A stretch of 64,000 nt of DNA from Burkholderiales bacterium (GCA_035560005.1 DATMAN010000031.1:1656-65655); one strand, 5' to 3'. Shown: positions 26,797 through 37,201, counted from the first letter of the stretch. Numbers and translations: made by a program. The notes: generated from the letters alone by a model not told the origin.

Positions 26797-27723
26797 ATGT
26801 CCTTTCTCTCCTTATTGGCTGCGCTGCTGATCGAACAGGCTTGGCCGCTCAATCCACGCTGGGCCGTCTTTCGCCTGTTCGCGCGGTACGCAAACAGCCT
26901 TGGCAAGCACTTCAACGCCGGCGAACGGCGACAGGGAATGGTGGCCTGGCTGCTCGGCGTGCTGCCGTGGGTGGTCGCAGCAGCCTTGGTGCACTATTTC
27001 CTGGCGTCGATGAGCCTGGCGCTGGCTTGGGTGTGGAACGTGGGCGTGTTGTACGTGACGATGGGGTTTCGCCAGTTCAGCCATGCCTACACCGCGATCG
27101 TCGAAGCCCTGCGCGGCGGCGATCTGGACACGGCCCGCAGGGAACTGGCGGAATGGCGCGGCCAGCCGGCCGACGAGTACAACGGTACGGAGATCGCCAA
27201 GCTCGCGATCGAAGAAGGACTGGTGGACGCGCACCGCCACGTGTTCGGGGTCATGTTCTGGTTCGTCGTGTTGCCGGGGCCGGCCGGCGCGGTGCTGTAT
27301 CGGATCTCCGCCCTTCTTCATGAAAAATGGGGGGCGCGCGACGAGGAGGAATATCGGGAGTTCGGTCGATTCGCACGCAAGGCTTTCGAGCTGATCGACT
27401 GGGTCCCGGTGCGCCTGACCGCGATGAGCTTTGCGATCGCGGGCGACTTCGAGGATGCGGTCTACTGCTGGCGCCAGCAGGCGCAACGCTGGATGAATCC
27501 CGAGCAGGGCATCGTGCTCGCCTCTGGCGCCGGGGCGTTGGGCGTGCGTCTCGGCGAGACCGTCCACCAGCAAGGCACGGTGAGCTTCCGCCCGGAGCTC
27601 GGTGTCGGCGACGAGGCCGACGTGCATTACATGACCAGCGCGGTGGGCCTGATCTGGCGCGCGGTGGTCATCTGGATGTTCGTCATCGGCCTGGTCACGG
27701 CCGCGCATTATCTGGGCCGCTGA
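26797..27723 (+). CDS. CobD/CbiB family protein
   Basis: 308-aa membrane protein: MSFLSLLAALLIEQ..P......F.....LG..FN...GFRQFSHAY...A.RELAEW.G...VFGV.FWFVVLPGPAGAVLYR. Confidence 0.75.
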   Translation: MSFLSLLAALLIEQAWPLNPRWAVFRLFARYANSLGKHFNAGERRQGMVAWLLGVLPWVVAAALVHYFLASMSLALAWVWNVGVLYVTMGFRQFSHAYTAIVEALRGGDLDTARRELAEWRGQPADEYNGTEIAKLAIEEGLVDAHRHVFGVMFWFVVLPGPAGAVLYRISALLHEKWGARDEEEYREFGRFARKAFELIDWVPVRLTAMSFAIAGDFEDAVYCWRQQAQRWMNPEQGIVLASGAGALGVRLGETVHQQGTVSFRPELGVGDEADVHYMTSAVGLIWRAVVIWMFVIGLVTAAHYLGR

Positions 27724-27733
27724 CGCCCGGGTT

Positions 27734-28642
27734 TCAGGCCCAGTCGGGCCGTTTCTCTGCGAGTTCCTCTGCGATCGCACGGTAGGCCTGCCAACGCCGC
27801 GGCTCGATCTTGCCTTCTTCGACGGCCGCGCGGATCGCGCAACCCGGCTCGATGACATGGCGGCAGTCCTTGAAGCGACACGCGCCGCGCAGCGGACGCA
27901 ATTCCGGAAAGGCATCGGCCAGTTCCGACAGTGAAAGATGCTGCAGGCCGAAGGTCTGCATCCCGGGCGAATCGATGAGGTGGCTGTCCCGGTCGAGGTG
28001 ATACAGGCGCGCGCTGGTGGTGGTGTGCCGGCCGGCGCCGAGAGCCTCCGAGATCTCTCCGATGCGTACTTCGGCATCGGGCACCAAGGCTTTGACGATG
28101 CGCGACTTGCCCATTCCGGACTGACCCACCAGGACGCTTGTCTGCCCGGAGAGCCAAGGGCACAACGGCGAAACGTCTTCTCGGGCCGAGAGCTTCAGTA
28201 GCGGATAGCCGAGCTGCTCGTAGAGCCGCAGCCGCTTGCTTGCGGCGGCGCTTTCCACCTCGAGGTCGATCTTGTTCAGTACGACCAATGCCTTCAGCCG
28301 CTGCTGCTCGGCGGCGACGAGGCAGCGGACGAGCAGCTCCTCGCTGAATGGCGGCCTTCCAGCGACCACTACCAGAACCTGCGTGACGTTGGCCGCGATG
28401 ACCTTCTGCCGGAAATCGTCGGAGCGATACAGCGCCGAGGTTCGCTGCGCGACGGACTCGATCACGGCCTGGTCGGCCGCCGCGCGGCGCACCCGTACGC
28501 GGTCACCACAGGCCAGATCGCTCCTCTTGCCCCTTGGGTAGCAGTGCAGGGCAGTACCGTCGGCAAGCTCCACGACGTAGTGTCGGCCATGCGCCGACAC
28601 GACAAGGCCATCGACGAGCCCGCTCTGTCTTGCTTCAGCCAA
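27734..28642 (-). CDS. rsgA: Ribosome small subunit-dependent GTPase A
   Basis: OB domain, circularly permuted GTPase (VLNKIDL ... GQSGMGKSRIV), and a C-terminal zinc knuckle CRFKDCRHVIEPGCA. Confidence 0.93.
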   Translation of the reverse strand: MAEARQSGLVDGLVVSAHGRHYVVELADGTALHCYPRGKRSDLACGDRVRVRRAAADQAVIESVAQRTSALYRSDDFRQKVIAANVTQVLVVVAGRPPFSEELLVRCLVAAEQQRLKALVVLNKIDLEVESAAASKRLRLYEQLGYPLLKLSAREDVSPLCPWLSGQTSVLVGQSGMGKSRIVKALVPDAEVRIGEISEALGAGRHTTTSARLYHLDRDSHLIDSPGMQTFGLQHLSLSELADAFPELRPLRGACRFKDCRHVIEPGCAIRAAVEEGKIEPRRWQAYRAIAEELAEKRPDWA

Positions 28643-28726
28643 TGGACGTTCGCAGAGGCGTTCGCGATCGCGCAGCCTTGTCGCGAGCGATGTCTTCGCG
28701 TTGGCGTCGCCGGGACAACCAAAGGC

Positions 28727-29977
28727 TCACGCCTGCGCCATCTGCTGCAGCCGCAGGATTCGAGTGGCCGCGGGCGGGTGCGAGTCGTACCACGCGGAGT
28801 GCAGGGGATCGGGCGTGAGCGTCGAAGCGTTGTCTTTATAGAGCTTGACGAGCGCCCTGATGAGATCGCGCGCGGGCGTGTACTGCGCAGCATACTCGTC
28901 CGCCTCGAATTCGTGCTTGCGCGAGTACATCGCCATCAACGGCTGCAGCGGGAACACGAACACCGGCACGACGAGGAAGAAAAGCGCCAGCGCCATCGCG
29001 TCGGTCGCAGGGTAGGCAACCCCGAGGCCGACGAAGAACCACGGCTGATCCATCAGCGCTCCGAGTACGGCGAGCAGGACCAGGCTCGCGGCGAATGTCC
29101 ACGCAAGGCGCTTGAACACGTGCCGGCGGCGAAAGTGCCCAAGCTCGTGGGCCAGCACGGCTTCGATCTCCGGCGCTTCCAGCCGGTTGAGCAGCGTGTC
29201 GAAGAAGACGATGCGCTTGGACTTGCCGAACCCGGTGAAGTAGGCATTGCCGTGGGTGCTGCGCTTGCTGCCGTCCATCACGAACAGCCCCTTCGACGTG
29301 AACCCGCAGCGCTCGATCAGCTTCTCGATGCGGCGCTTCGTTTCCCCTTCCTGCATCGGCGAGAATCTGTTGAACAGCGGCGCGATGAAAGCCGGATACA
29401 CCGCAAGCAGCAGGGTGCTGAACCCGATCCATACCAGCCAGACGTAGAACCACCACAGCTCCCCCATCCGCTCCATGAGCCACAGCACCGCGAGCACCAG
29501 CGGCAGGCCAAGCACGGCGCCGACGGCGGCATGCTTGACGAGATCCGCAATCCACATGCCGAGGGTCATCTTGTTGAAGCCGAATCGGGTCTCGATGACG
29601 AAAGTGCGGTACAGCCCGAAGGGCAGCTCGAGCATCGAGGTAAGCACGACGAGCAGCGCGACGAACGCCGTGCCGCGCAGGATGTCGTTCTGGAACAGCG
29701 CAGCCGCGAGTCCATCCAGCCATTGCAGGATCCCGCCGAAAGTCAGCGCGAGCAGAACCGCGGCATCGAACGCGATGGCAGCGGCGGACAGGCGCGTCTT
29801 GGCGCTCGTGTAATCGGCCGCCTTGCGGTGCGCCTCCAGATCGATGTCGGCGGCGAATGCCTCGGGGACGCGCTCACGGTGCGCCTGCACGTGACGGACG
29901 TGGCGAAAGGCCAGCCAGAGCCGGGTCGCTGTTGTGGCCGCCAGCGCCAGCACGAAGACGATGGAAAAACCGTTCAT
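28727..29977 (-). CDS. M48 family metallopeptidase (Ste24-like)
   Basis: 416 aa, multi-TM, with HELGHF plus the downstream E..AD motif. Sits in the conserved orn / M48 / rsgA neighbourhood. Confidence 0.9.
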   Translation of the reverse strand: MNGFSIVFVLALAATTATRLWLAFRHVRHVQAHRERVPEAFAADIDLEAHRKAADYTSAKTRLSAAAIAFDAAVLLALTFGGILQWLDGLAAALFQNDILRGTAFVALLVVLTSMLELPFGLYRTFVIETRFGFNKMTLGMWIADLVKHAAVGAVLGLPLVLAVLWLMERMGELWWFYVWLVWIGFSTLLLAVYPAFIAPLFNRFSPMQEGETKRRIEKLIERCGFTSKGLFVMDGSKRSTHGNAYFTGFGKSKRIVFFDTLLNRLEAPEIEAVLAHELGHFRRRHVFKRLAWTFAASLVLLAVLGALMDQPWFFVGLGVAYPATDAMALALFFLVVPVFVFPLQPLMAMYSRKHEFEADEYAAQYTPARDLIRALVKLYKDNASTLTPDPLHSAWYDSHPPAATRILRLQQMAQA

Positions 29978-30055
29978 GAGCGTCGACTTCGGAGAGAAAC
30001 CTCAGTATGACAAAATAGCCGCCGGGAAAACTCAAAGAAGAAACGCAGGGCGATT

Positions 30056-30601
30056 ATGGCACAGGACCCCAGCGCGTTGATCTGGATCGACATGGAGATG
30101 ACCGGCCTCGATCCCGAGCGCGATCGCATCATTGAGGTGGCGCTCGTGGTCACCTCATCGAATCTCGAACCCGTGGCGGAGGCGCCCGTGCTGGTCGTGC
30201 ACCAGGCTGCCGAAGTGCTCGAAGCGATGGATGCTTGGAACAAATCGACGCACGGAAAGTCCGGCCTGCTTGACAGGATCCGGGCTTCCCGCCTCACTGA
30301 GGCGGACGTCGAGCAGAAGATGATCGCTTTCCTAGAACTGCACGTTCCACCCAACACCTCTCCGATGTGCGGCAACTCGATCTGCCAGGACCGGCGCTTT
30401 CTCGCGCGCTGGATGCCCAGGCTGGAGCAGTACTTCCACTACCGGAATCTGGACGTATCGACGCTGAAGGAGCTGTGCAAGCGCTGGAAACCGGAAGTCG
30501 CTGCCGGCTTCACCAAGAAGAGCAAGCATGAAGCGCTCGCCGATATCTACGAATCGATCGACGAATTGAAGTACTATCGGGAACACTTTCTGAAGCTTTG
30601 A
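30056..30601 (+). CDS. orn: Oligoribonuclease
   Basis: [20 protein letters not shown]...[11 protein letters not shown]...[15 protein letters not shown]...HEALADI.ESI.ELKYYR. Confidence 0.95.
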   Translation: MAQDPSALIWIDMEMTGLDPERDRIIEVALVVTSSNLEPVAEAPVLVVHQAAEVLEAMDAWNKSTHGKSGLLDRIRASRLTEADVEQKMIAFLELHVPPNTSPMCGNSICQDRRFLARWMPRLEQYFHYRNLDVSTLKELCKRWKPEVAAGFTKKSKHEALADIYESIDELKYYREHFLKL

Positions 30602-30711
30602 GCGCGGTGAGGCAGGCGTAGGACCTGGAGCAAACAAGGCGCGGCCCGCTCCGGAGCCCGCACGCGAGCCTGGATCATCTCTTCCCTGTTCGCTCCCCGC
30701 GTCTTCGGCCT

Positions 30712-30918
30712 TCACTCCAGCGTAATTTCGCCGTCAAAATCAACCTCCAGACCCACGGCGGGAACGATCAGCTTCATTTTCGCGGCTAAGCGTTCGTTGC
30801 CTTTGAGCCCGCCGGACGCCATCGCCTTCGCCACCGCCTGTTCGATCTCCCGCTGCGAGCCTACACCGGCCATCTTGAGAAACTTGCGGATGCTCATGTT
30901 GAAGGTTTCCTCTTTCAT
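30712..30918 (-). CDS. Small protein (68 aa), DUF6494-like
   Basis: MKEETFNMSIRKFLKMAGVGSQREIEQAV...FDGEITLE. Its ATG overlaps the pgi stop (ATGA). The family name is from memory. Confidence 0.7.
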   Translation of the reverse strand: MKEETFNMSIRKFLKMAGVGSQREIEQAVAKAMASGGLKGNERLAAKMKLIVPAVGLEVDFDGEITLE

Positions 30919-32576
30919 CCGGTCCTCCTCATTGCGATGATGCGGTCGATGAGCGCGCGGGTCGAGGGGTCGTGGGCCGCGGACGCGCTCCCTGCTCGCA
31001 GATCCCGGAGCACGCCTGCAGCCAGTTGCTTGCCCAGCTCGACCCCCCATTGATCGAAGGAGTTGATGTTCCACAGCGCGCCCTGCACGAAGACCTTGTG
31101 CTCGTAGAGCGCGACGAGCGCGCCGACCGATCGGGGGTCGATCCGCGGCAGCACGATCGTGTTGCTCGGGCGGTTACCCGGAAAGGTGCGATGGGCCGCG
31201 AGTCGCGCGGCCTCCTCGCCCTCGAGCCCCTGAGCCCTCACCTCGGCCAGCGCCTCTTCGGTGGTCTTTCCGCGCAGCAAGGCCTCGGTCTGCGCCAGGC
31301 AGTTGGCGAGCAGGAGTTCGTGGTGCTCCGGCAACTGCCACTCGGAGCGCGCGGCGACGATGAAATCGCACGGCGTGACTTGGGGGCTTTGGTGCAGGTG
31401 CTGAAAGAAAGCATGCTGGCCGTTGGTTCCGGGCGCTCCCCAGATGACCGGTCCGGTCGCGTAGTCCACCGCTTCGCCCGCGCGATCTACTCGCTTGCCG
31501 TTGCTCTCCATGTCGAGTTGCTGCAAGTGCATCGGCAGCCCGGCCAGATCCTGCGCGTAGGGCAGGACGGCGTGGGTCGGGGCACCGAGGAAATTGCCGT
31601 GCCAGACGCCGATCAGGCCCAGCAAGGCCGGCATGTTGCGCTCGAGCGGCGCGGTGCGGAAGTGCTCGTCCATCGCGTGGGCGCCTTCGAGCAACTGCTC
31701 GAAACGCTCGAATCCGACCGCCAGTGCGATGGGCAGGCCGATCGCCGACCACAGTGAATAGCGGCCGCCCACCCAGTCCCAGAAACCGAATACGCGCTCC
31801 GGCGCGATGCCGAACTGGCTGGTCGCTTCCAGGTTCGTGGACACCGCGGCGAAATGCGCGGCGATCACCGCGTTCGCGGGGCTGGCGCGCGCCAGCCGCG
31901 CGAGCAACCAGTCGCGCGCGGACCGCGCGTTGGCCAGGGTCTCCTGAGTGGTGAAGGTTTTCGACGACACGATGAACAAGGTGGTTTCGGCGTCCAGTCC
32001 TGCCACGGTAGCCCCGAGATGTGCGGCATCGACGTTGGAGACGAAATGCACCCGCAGCTTGCGCGAGGCGAATGGGTTCAGAGCCCGAGTCACGGTGAGC
32101 GGCCCCAGATCCGAGCCGCCGATGCCGATGTTGACGACGTCGGTGAAAGGCCGGCCCGTGAAGCCGCCCACGCGCCCTTCGCGCACGCTCTCGGAAAACT
32201 GCTGCATGCGCGCGAGCACGGCATTGACTTCGGGCATCACGTCCCGACCGTCCAGCAGGATCGGGCGATTCGAGCGGTTGCGCAACGCGACGTGCAGCAC
32301 AGCGCGCTTCTCGGTCGTGTTGATCCGGCGCCCCTCGAACATCGCTTGGATCTGCTGCGGCAGGCTGGCGTCCCCGGCGGCGGCGATCAGCAGCGACAAG
32401 GTTTCGCGCGTGAGCGGATTCTTGGAGTAGTCGAGAAAAAGGCCGCAAGCCTCCAGGGAAAAGTCCTGCGCGCGGCGCGGATCGCGCTCGAAGAGGTCCA
32501 GGATGGACACGTGGCGCATGCGTTGCGCGTGTGCGTGCAGCGCTTTCCAGCTTGAACGCTCGGTCAGCCGCGCCAT
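30915..32576 (-). CDS. pgi: Glucose-6-phosphate isomerase
   Basis: 553 aa: FLDYSKN....T...L...A......I..MF.G..IN.TE.RAVLH.ALR...IGIGGSDLGP...WGAPGTNGQHAFFQ. Confidence 0.95.
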   Translation of the reverse strand: MARLTERSSWKALHAHAQRMRHVSILDLFERDPRRAQDFSLEACGLFLDYSKNPLTRETLSLLIAAAGDASLPQQIQAMFEGRRINTTEKRAVLHVALRNRSNRPILLDGRDVMPEVNAVLARMQQFSESVREGRVGGFTGRPFTDVVNIGIGGSDLGPLTVTRALNPFASRKLRVHFVSNVDAAHLGATVAGLDAETTLFIVSSKTFTTQETLANARSARDWLLARLARASPANAVIAAHFAAVSTNLEATSQFGIAPERVFGFWDWVGGRYSLWSAIGLPIALAVGFERFEQLLEGAHAMDEHFRTAPLERNMPALLGLIGVWHGNFLGAPTHAVLPYAQDLAGLPMHLQQLDMESNGKRVDRAGEAVDYATGPVIWGAPGTNGQHAFFQHLHQSPQVTPCDFIVAARSEWQLPEHHELLLANCLAQTEALLRGKTTEEALAEVRAQGLEGEEAARLAAHRTFPGNRPSNTIVLPRIDPRSVGALVALYEHKVFVQGALWNINSFDQWGVELGKQLAAGVLRDLRAGSASAAHDPSTRALIDRIIAMRRTG

Positions 32577-32749
32577 GGGCTGGACGCCGACGCAGGCCTC
32601 GGGCGAACGCGAAAGTGCGGGTGCGGGAACAGCCGATCGGGCATTTGGGTGAATGCAGCTTTCGAGAAGGCGGCAGGAGGAATTTTAGGCGAGGCAGCCG
32701 CTCGTCCGAAACCTGCGTTACCGGCTCGGGCGAGCAGGGTACAGCGCAC

Positions 32750-32780
32750 AAAAAGGCCTCCGAGGCTGCCCTCGGAGGCC
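32750..32780 (-). terminator. Rho-independent terminator of the phasin gene
   Basis: GGCCTCCGAGG-ctgc-CCTCGGAGGCC (32755-32780), followed on the minus strand by TTTTT. Confidence 0.75.
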
Positions 32781-32808
32781 CGCGACACAAGGAGGGAGGA
32801 GGAGCCCC

Positions 32809-33339
32809 TTACGCCGCTTTCTTCTTCGCCGTGCTGTTGGTGGCAGCGGCGAAAGTCGCTTCGGTGGCTTCGCTGACCTGGCGCGCCGCCTTCGAGAAAG
32901 CGTCGTAGGCCTGGTTTGCCGTCGCTACGGCGGACTTGATCGCGGCGACTGCGGCTTCGGAACCGGCTGGCGAATTCTTCGCGGCCTGGTCGAGGGCCCC
33001 GATCAGGTTCTTGTTGAACTCGGTGACCTTTTCGTCGAAGAGCCTGGCGATTTCCGCCTGGGTTTCGGACGCCAGTGTGTAGACGGACTTCAGATAGCTC
33101 GCGTACTTTTCCGCTGCGGGTTGAGCCCACGCGCCCGGCAGGGTGGCCAGCTCCTGGGGATCCTTGGCTTCCAGCGCGGCCTTGGCCGTCTTCACCGCTT
33201 CGGCGAACGCGCTCTTCGCGGTCCTGAGGTTCAGGTCCGCGAACTTCTCGGCTGCGGTCGCGGTGACCCCGGCAAACGCCAGAAACGTGTCGAGAGTTTC
33301 CTTCTGCGTCGTGACTACTTGCTCTGGTACGGTAAACAT
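32809..33339 (-). CDS. Phasin family protein (PHA granule-associated)
   Basis: MFTVPEQVVTTQKETLDTFLAFAGVTATAAEKFADLNLRTAKSAF..., Ala-rich and helical, ending in a KKKAA tail. AGGAGG precedes the ATG pair at 33339/33342. Confidence 0.85.
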   Translation of the reverse strand: MFTVPEQVVTTQKETLDTFLAFAGVTATAAEKFADLNLRTAKSAFAEAVKTAKAALEAKDPQELATLPGAWAQPAAEKYASYLKSVYTLASETQAEIARLFDEKVTEFNKNLIGALDQAAKNSPAGSEAAVAAIKSAVATANQAYDAFSKAARQVSEATEATFAAATNSTAKKKAA

Positions 33340-33436
33340 CATGCCTCCTGAAGAAAGCGTCTTAAGGTCTCGGCCGTGGACAACGGCCCCTTGTCCCGGC
33401 GACGAGAGATTTGCTGCGCCGCACAAAACAGGCCTC

Positions 33437-33464
33437 ATTGTACTGTCCGACGCGAGGCTGTCAA
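33437..33464 (-). promoter_or_regulatory. Near-consensus sigma70 promoter for the phasin gene
   Basis: Minus strand reads TTGACA-N16-TACAAT (33464-33459 and 33442-33437). The 9-bp palindrome TGCGcCGCA (33415-33423) just downstream is a candidate operator. Confidence 0.55.
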
Positions 33465-33541
33465 CAGGTCATTCAGGTCCGCCAAGAAAAAAATAAACCC
33501 GCAAAATCAGCATAGTAAGTGTTTACTATTGATCTCGCCCC

Positions 33542-34279
33542 ATGTTAGGGATTGTTCAGGCAATGATCGGTGCAGCGCGCAATCTGTTGTCCGCCAAAGT
33601 CTTGGCCATCGCAGCGTTGCCGATGCTCTCGGCGCTTGTCTTGTGGGCCGGCCTGGCTGGGTGGTTCTGGAATGGTTGGGTGGAGGCGGTCCGTTCGGCG
33701 CTGGTCGGTATGACCGATTTCCTGGACTTCGGCTGGTTCGACGTCTCGGAACTGGCCGGAGCGGCGGCCAAGGGCCTTCTGGTCTTGCTGCTGCTGCCGG
33801 CAGTGCTTGCGACCGCTTCGCTGATCGCAGCGGTGCTTGCGATGCCCATGCTGGTGGGCTTGGTGAGCCGGCGCGACTTTCCTCGGCTCGATCGGCGCCA
33901 GGGAGGCAGCCTGCTCGCAGGTCTGTGGAACGCGTGTGCTGCTTTGGGCGCGTTTCTGGCACTGTGGCTGTTGAGCCTGCCGCTCTGGCTCATCGCGGGT
34001 CCGTTCGCGGCCATTGTTCCGTGGTTGCTCTCGGCCCACCTGAACCAGCGTTTGTTCCGCTACGACGCGCTCTCCGAACATGCCAGCGCAGAGGAAATGC
34101 GCTGCCTGTTCCAGACCCGCGTCGGCGGGCTCTTCGTCCTCGGGCTGGTGACCGGCGCCCTGTATTTCGTGCCGTTCGTGAACCTCTTTGCGCCAACCTT
34201 TTCCGCGCTGGCGTTCATTCACTACTGCCTTGCCGAACTGCAGCGCCTTCGGGTTTGCGGGCAGGGCGCAGTGAGCTGA
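33542..34279 (+). CDS. EI24/CysZ-like integral membrane protein
   Basis: 245 aa, multi-TM, with the C-terminal FVPFVNLFAPTFSALAFIHYCL pattern seen in EI24-domain proteins. Family call is moderate. Confidence 0.6.
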   Translation: MLGIVQAMIGAARNLLSAKVLAIAALPMLSALVLWAGLAGWFWNGWVEAVRSALVGMTDFLDFGWFDVSELAGAAAKGLLVLLLLPAVLATASLIAAVLAMPMLVGLVSRRDFPRLDRRQGGSLLAGLWNACAALGAFLALWLLSLPLWLIAGPFAAIVPWLLSAHLNQRLFRYDALSEHASAEEMRCLFQTRVGGLFVLGLVTGALYFVPFVNLFAPTFSALAFIHYCLAELQRLRVCGQGAVS

Positions 34280-34302
34280 AGCGGGACTGCCGCGAAATCG
34301 AG

Positions 34303-34372
34303 GACTGGAAAGAAGCGGACCGCGATGAATTGAGAGAGGCGCTTTTGACCTGCGGCTCCGCCTCTTCCAGTC
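34303..34372. repeat. Inverted repeat between convergent genes (possible bidirectional terminator/structure)
   Basis: GACTGGAAAGAAGCGGA (34303-34319) pairs with TCCGCCTCTTCCAGTC (34357-34372), with about 37 nt between the arms. Confidence 0.45.
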
Positions 34373-34406
34373 GGCTCTTACAAGCCCGGGATTTCGGCCT
34401 GCCCTT

Positions 34407-35594
34407 TCAGATTCTTTCGTAAATGGCGGCGATGCCCTGGCCGCCGCCGATGCACATGGTCACCAGCGCATATCGGCCTTTGATCCGCTGCAGCTCGTAA
34501 AGCGCCTTGATCGAGATGATGCAGCCGGTCGCGCCGACGGGATGACCCAGGGCGACCGCGCCGCCGTTGGGATTGGTTTTCTGAGGATCGAAGCCGAGGT
34601 CTTTCGCCACTGCGCACGCCTGCACCGCAAAGGCTTCGTTCGACTCGATCACGTCCATGTCTGCCACCTTGAGCCCGGCTTTCTTCATCGCGTTCTTTAC
34701 GGCCGGAATCGGTCCCAGGCCCATCACGGTCGGCTCCACGCCGGCGTGGCCATAGGCGACGAGCCGCGCCAGCGGCCGAGCGCCGCGTTTCTGCGCCATC
34801 TTCGCTTCCATCAGCACGACTGCTGCGGCACCGTCGTTGATCCCGGAAGCGTTGCCCGGCGTCACGCTGCCGTCTTTCTGGAACGCGGGCCGCAGCTTCG
34901 CGAGATTCTCCATGCTGGCGTCCGCGCGCACGTGCTCGTCTGTATCGAAGAGCTTCACGCCTTTCCTGTCCTTGATCTCGATCGGCAGGATCTGCTCCTT
35001 GAAGTAGCCGTTTTGGATCGCCCTGGTGGCACGCCGGTGCGATTCGACCGCGAGGCGGTCCTGTTCTTCGCGGCCGATCCCGTACTGCTTGGCGACGTTT
35101 TCCGCCGTCACTCCCATGTGAATGTTGTGGAAGGGATCGGACAGCGCGCCGATCAACGCGTCCATCATGACCTGGTCGCCCATCTTCGAACCCCAACGCG
35201 CCGATGGGACCCAGTAGTTGGCGCGGCTCATCGATTCCGCGCCGCCCGCGACCGCGATATCGGCATCGCCCAGCGCGACGATCTGCGCGGCGCTCACGAT
35301 CGCCTGCAGCCCGCTGCCGCACAGCCGGTTCAGCGTTAGCGCCGGCACTTCCCTGGGCACCCCCCCCTCGATCGCCGCCACCCGCGCGAGGTACATGTCC
35401 TTGGCTTCGGTGTGGATGACGTTGCCGAACACCACGTGGCCCACTTCTTCGGGCGCGACCTTGGCCCGTGCCAGCGCCTCCTTCACGCAGCGCGCCGCCA
35501 GCTCCGTCGGCGGAAAGTCTTTCAGGCTGCCGCCGAAATCCCCGATTGCGGTTCTTGCTCCTGCGACCACCACCACATCACGTCCGTTGTTCAT
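34407..35594 (-). CDS. Acetyl-CoA C-acyltransferase (beta-ketothiolase, BktB-like)
   Basis: Start MNNGRDVVVVAGARTAIG at 35594. Has NRLCGSGLQA (active Cys), and GHPVGATG and CIGGGQG near the C-terminus. Confidence 0.9.
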   Translation of the reverse strand: MNNGRDVVVVAGARTAIGDFGGSLKDFPPTELAARCVKEALARAKVAPEEVGHVVFGNVIHTEAKDMYLARVAAIEGGVPREVPALTLNRLCGSGLQAIVSAAQIVALGDADIAVAGGAESMSRANYWVPSARWGSKMGDQVMMDALIGALSDPFHNIHMGVTAENVAKQYGIGREEQDRLAVESHRRATRAIQNGYFKEQILPIEIKDRKGVKLFDTDEHVRADASMENLAKLRPAFQKDGSVTPGNASGINDGAAAVVLMEAKMAQKRGARPLARLVAYGHAGVEPTVMGLGPIPAVKNAMKKAGLKVADMDVIESNEAFAVQACAVAKDLGFDPQKTNPNGGAVALGHPVGATGCIISIKALYELQRIKGRYALVTMCIGGGQGIAAIYERI

Positions 35595-35739
35595 CTGCGT
35601 CTCCAGAAAAAACTGATCGAACCAGCCAGGGCACCAGGCGTAGCAAATAAAGCCGAGCGATCGAGCAACGAGCAAGCCGGTCTGTCCAGTTTTCGCCTTT
35701 CTCGGTGCCTGACTGACTCGGCTTGGTTGTTGCGTCGCT

Positions 35740-36915
35740 TCAGCGTTCCACGGCGAGGGCCACGCCCATTCCGCCGCCGATGCACAGCGATGCCAGGCCC
35801 TTGCGTGCGTTGCGCCGGATCATCTCGTGCAGCAGCGTCACCAGAATCCGGCAGCCGGAAGCGCCGATGGGATGACCGAGCGCGATGGCGCCGCCGTTGA
35901 CGTTGACCTTCGAGGTATCCCAGCCCATCTCGCGGTTGACGGCGATCGCCTGGGCGGCGAACGCTTCGTTGATTTCCATGAGGTCGAGATCTTCGGGCTT
36001 CCATCCGGCCTTTTTCAGGCAGCGCTGGCTTGCGGGAATCGGGCCGATGCCCATGATGCTGGGGTCCACGCCGGCCGATGAATAGGCCTTGACCCGCGCC
36101 AGGGGCCTCAGGCCGAGATGCTCCGCCCGTTGGGCCGACATCATGAGCACGGCTGCGGCGCCGTCATTGATTCCCGAGGCATTGCCGGCGGTGACCGTGC
36201 CCGCCTTGTCGAACGCCGGCTTGAGCGCCGCCAGGGCTTCGATCGTCGTGCCGTGACGCGGGTACTCGTCCGTGTCGAACACGATGTCGCCCTTCTTGCC
36301 GGGGATCGTGATCGGCACGATCTCGTCCTTGAACTTGCCCGCCTTCTGGGCCGCCTCGGCCTTCTGTTGTGAAGCCGCGGCGAAGGCATCCTGGGCCTCG
36401 CGGGTCACACCCCACTTCTTCGCCACGTTCTCCGCGGTGATGCCCATGTGGTACCGGTTGTACACGTCCCACAGGCCGTCGACGATCATCGTATCGACCA
36501 TCTTCGCATCGCCCATGCGCACGCCGTCGCGCAATCCGGACACCGCGTGCGGCGCGAGGCTCATGTTCTCTTGGCCGCCGGCCACCACGATCCCGGCGTC
36601 GCCCGCCATGATCGACTGCGCGGCGAGATGAGTCGCTTTGAGCCCGGAGCCGCATACCTTGTTGATGGTCATGGCGGGCACCATGTGCGGAATGCCGGCC
36701 TTGATGGCGGCCTGGCGCGCCGGATTCTGACCGGCTCCCGCGGTGAGCACCTGGCCCATGATCACTTCGTCGATCATGTCCGCGGGCACGCCGGTTCTCT
36801 TCAGCAGAGCGGAAATGACGTGCGCACCCAGCTCGGGTGCGGGGGTTGTGCCCAGCGTGCCGCCGAATTTGCCGATCGCGGTGCGCACCGCGCCCACGAT
36901 CACTACGTCTTCCAT
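35740..36915 (-). CDS. phaA: Acetyl-CoA acetyltransferase
   Basis: Start [19 protein letters not shown] (AGGAGGA upstream). Has [25 protein letters not shown]. The symbol reflects the PHB context only. Confidence 0.88.
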   Translation of the reverse strand: MEDVVIVGAVRTAIGKFGGTLGTTPAPELGAHVISALLKRTGVPADMIDEVIMGQVLTAGAGQNPARQAAIKAGIPHMVPAMTINKVCGSGLKATHLAAQSIMAGDAGIVVAGGQENMSLAPHAVSGLRDGVRMGDAKMVDTMIVDGLWDVYNRYHMGITAENVAKKWGVTREAQDAFAAASQQKAEAAQKAGKFKDEIVPITIPGKKGDIVFDTDEYPRHGTTIEALAALKPAFDKAGTVTAGNASGINDGAAAVLMMSAQRAEHLGLRPLARVKAYSSAGVDPSIMGIGPIPASQRCLKKAGWKPEDLDLMEINEAFAAQAIAVNREMGWDTSKVNVNGGAIALGHPIGASGCRILVTLLHEMIRRNARKGLASLCIGGGMGVALAVER

Positions 36916-37201
36916 GCCAAGTCTCCTCCTGTTCAATGAAGCCGGACCCCGTTGGGGTTCGTGTTCGCCACTTGGGCTCTCGGGTCCGTGGGCGGGAAAG
37001 AAGAAAGCGGGGAGGCTGCCAGTTTACGCCCGCATTTTGCCGCTTGTCGAGCCTCTTGCTGCATTGCCGCAGGTCTGCAGTGAAAGTCTAAGAAGTGGAT
37101 ATAAAAAATGTTTTATGTCTTTGTGGTACCCGAAAAGGACGCTGTTCGCCGCGATGCGCTGCCCCGGCTGCCAGCTCGCATTTCGAAGGCAGGCGCAGGT
37201 C

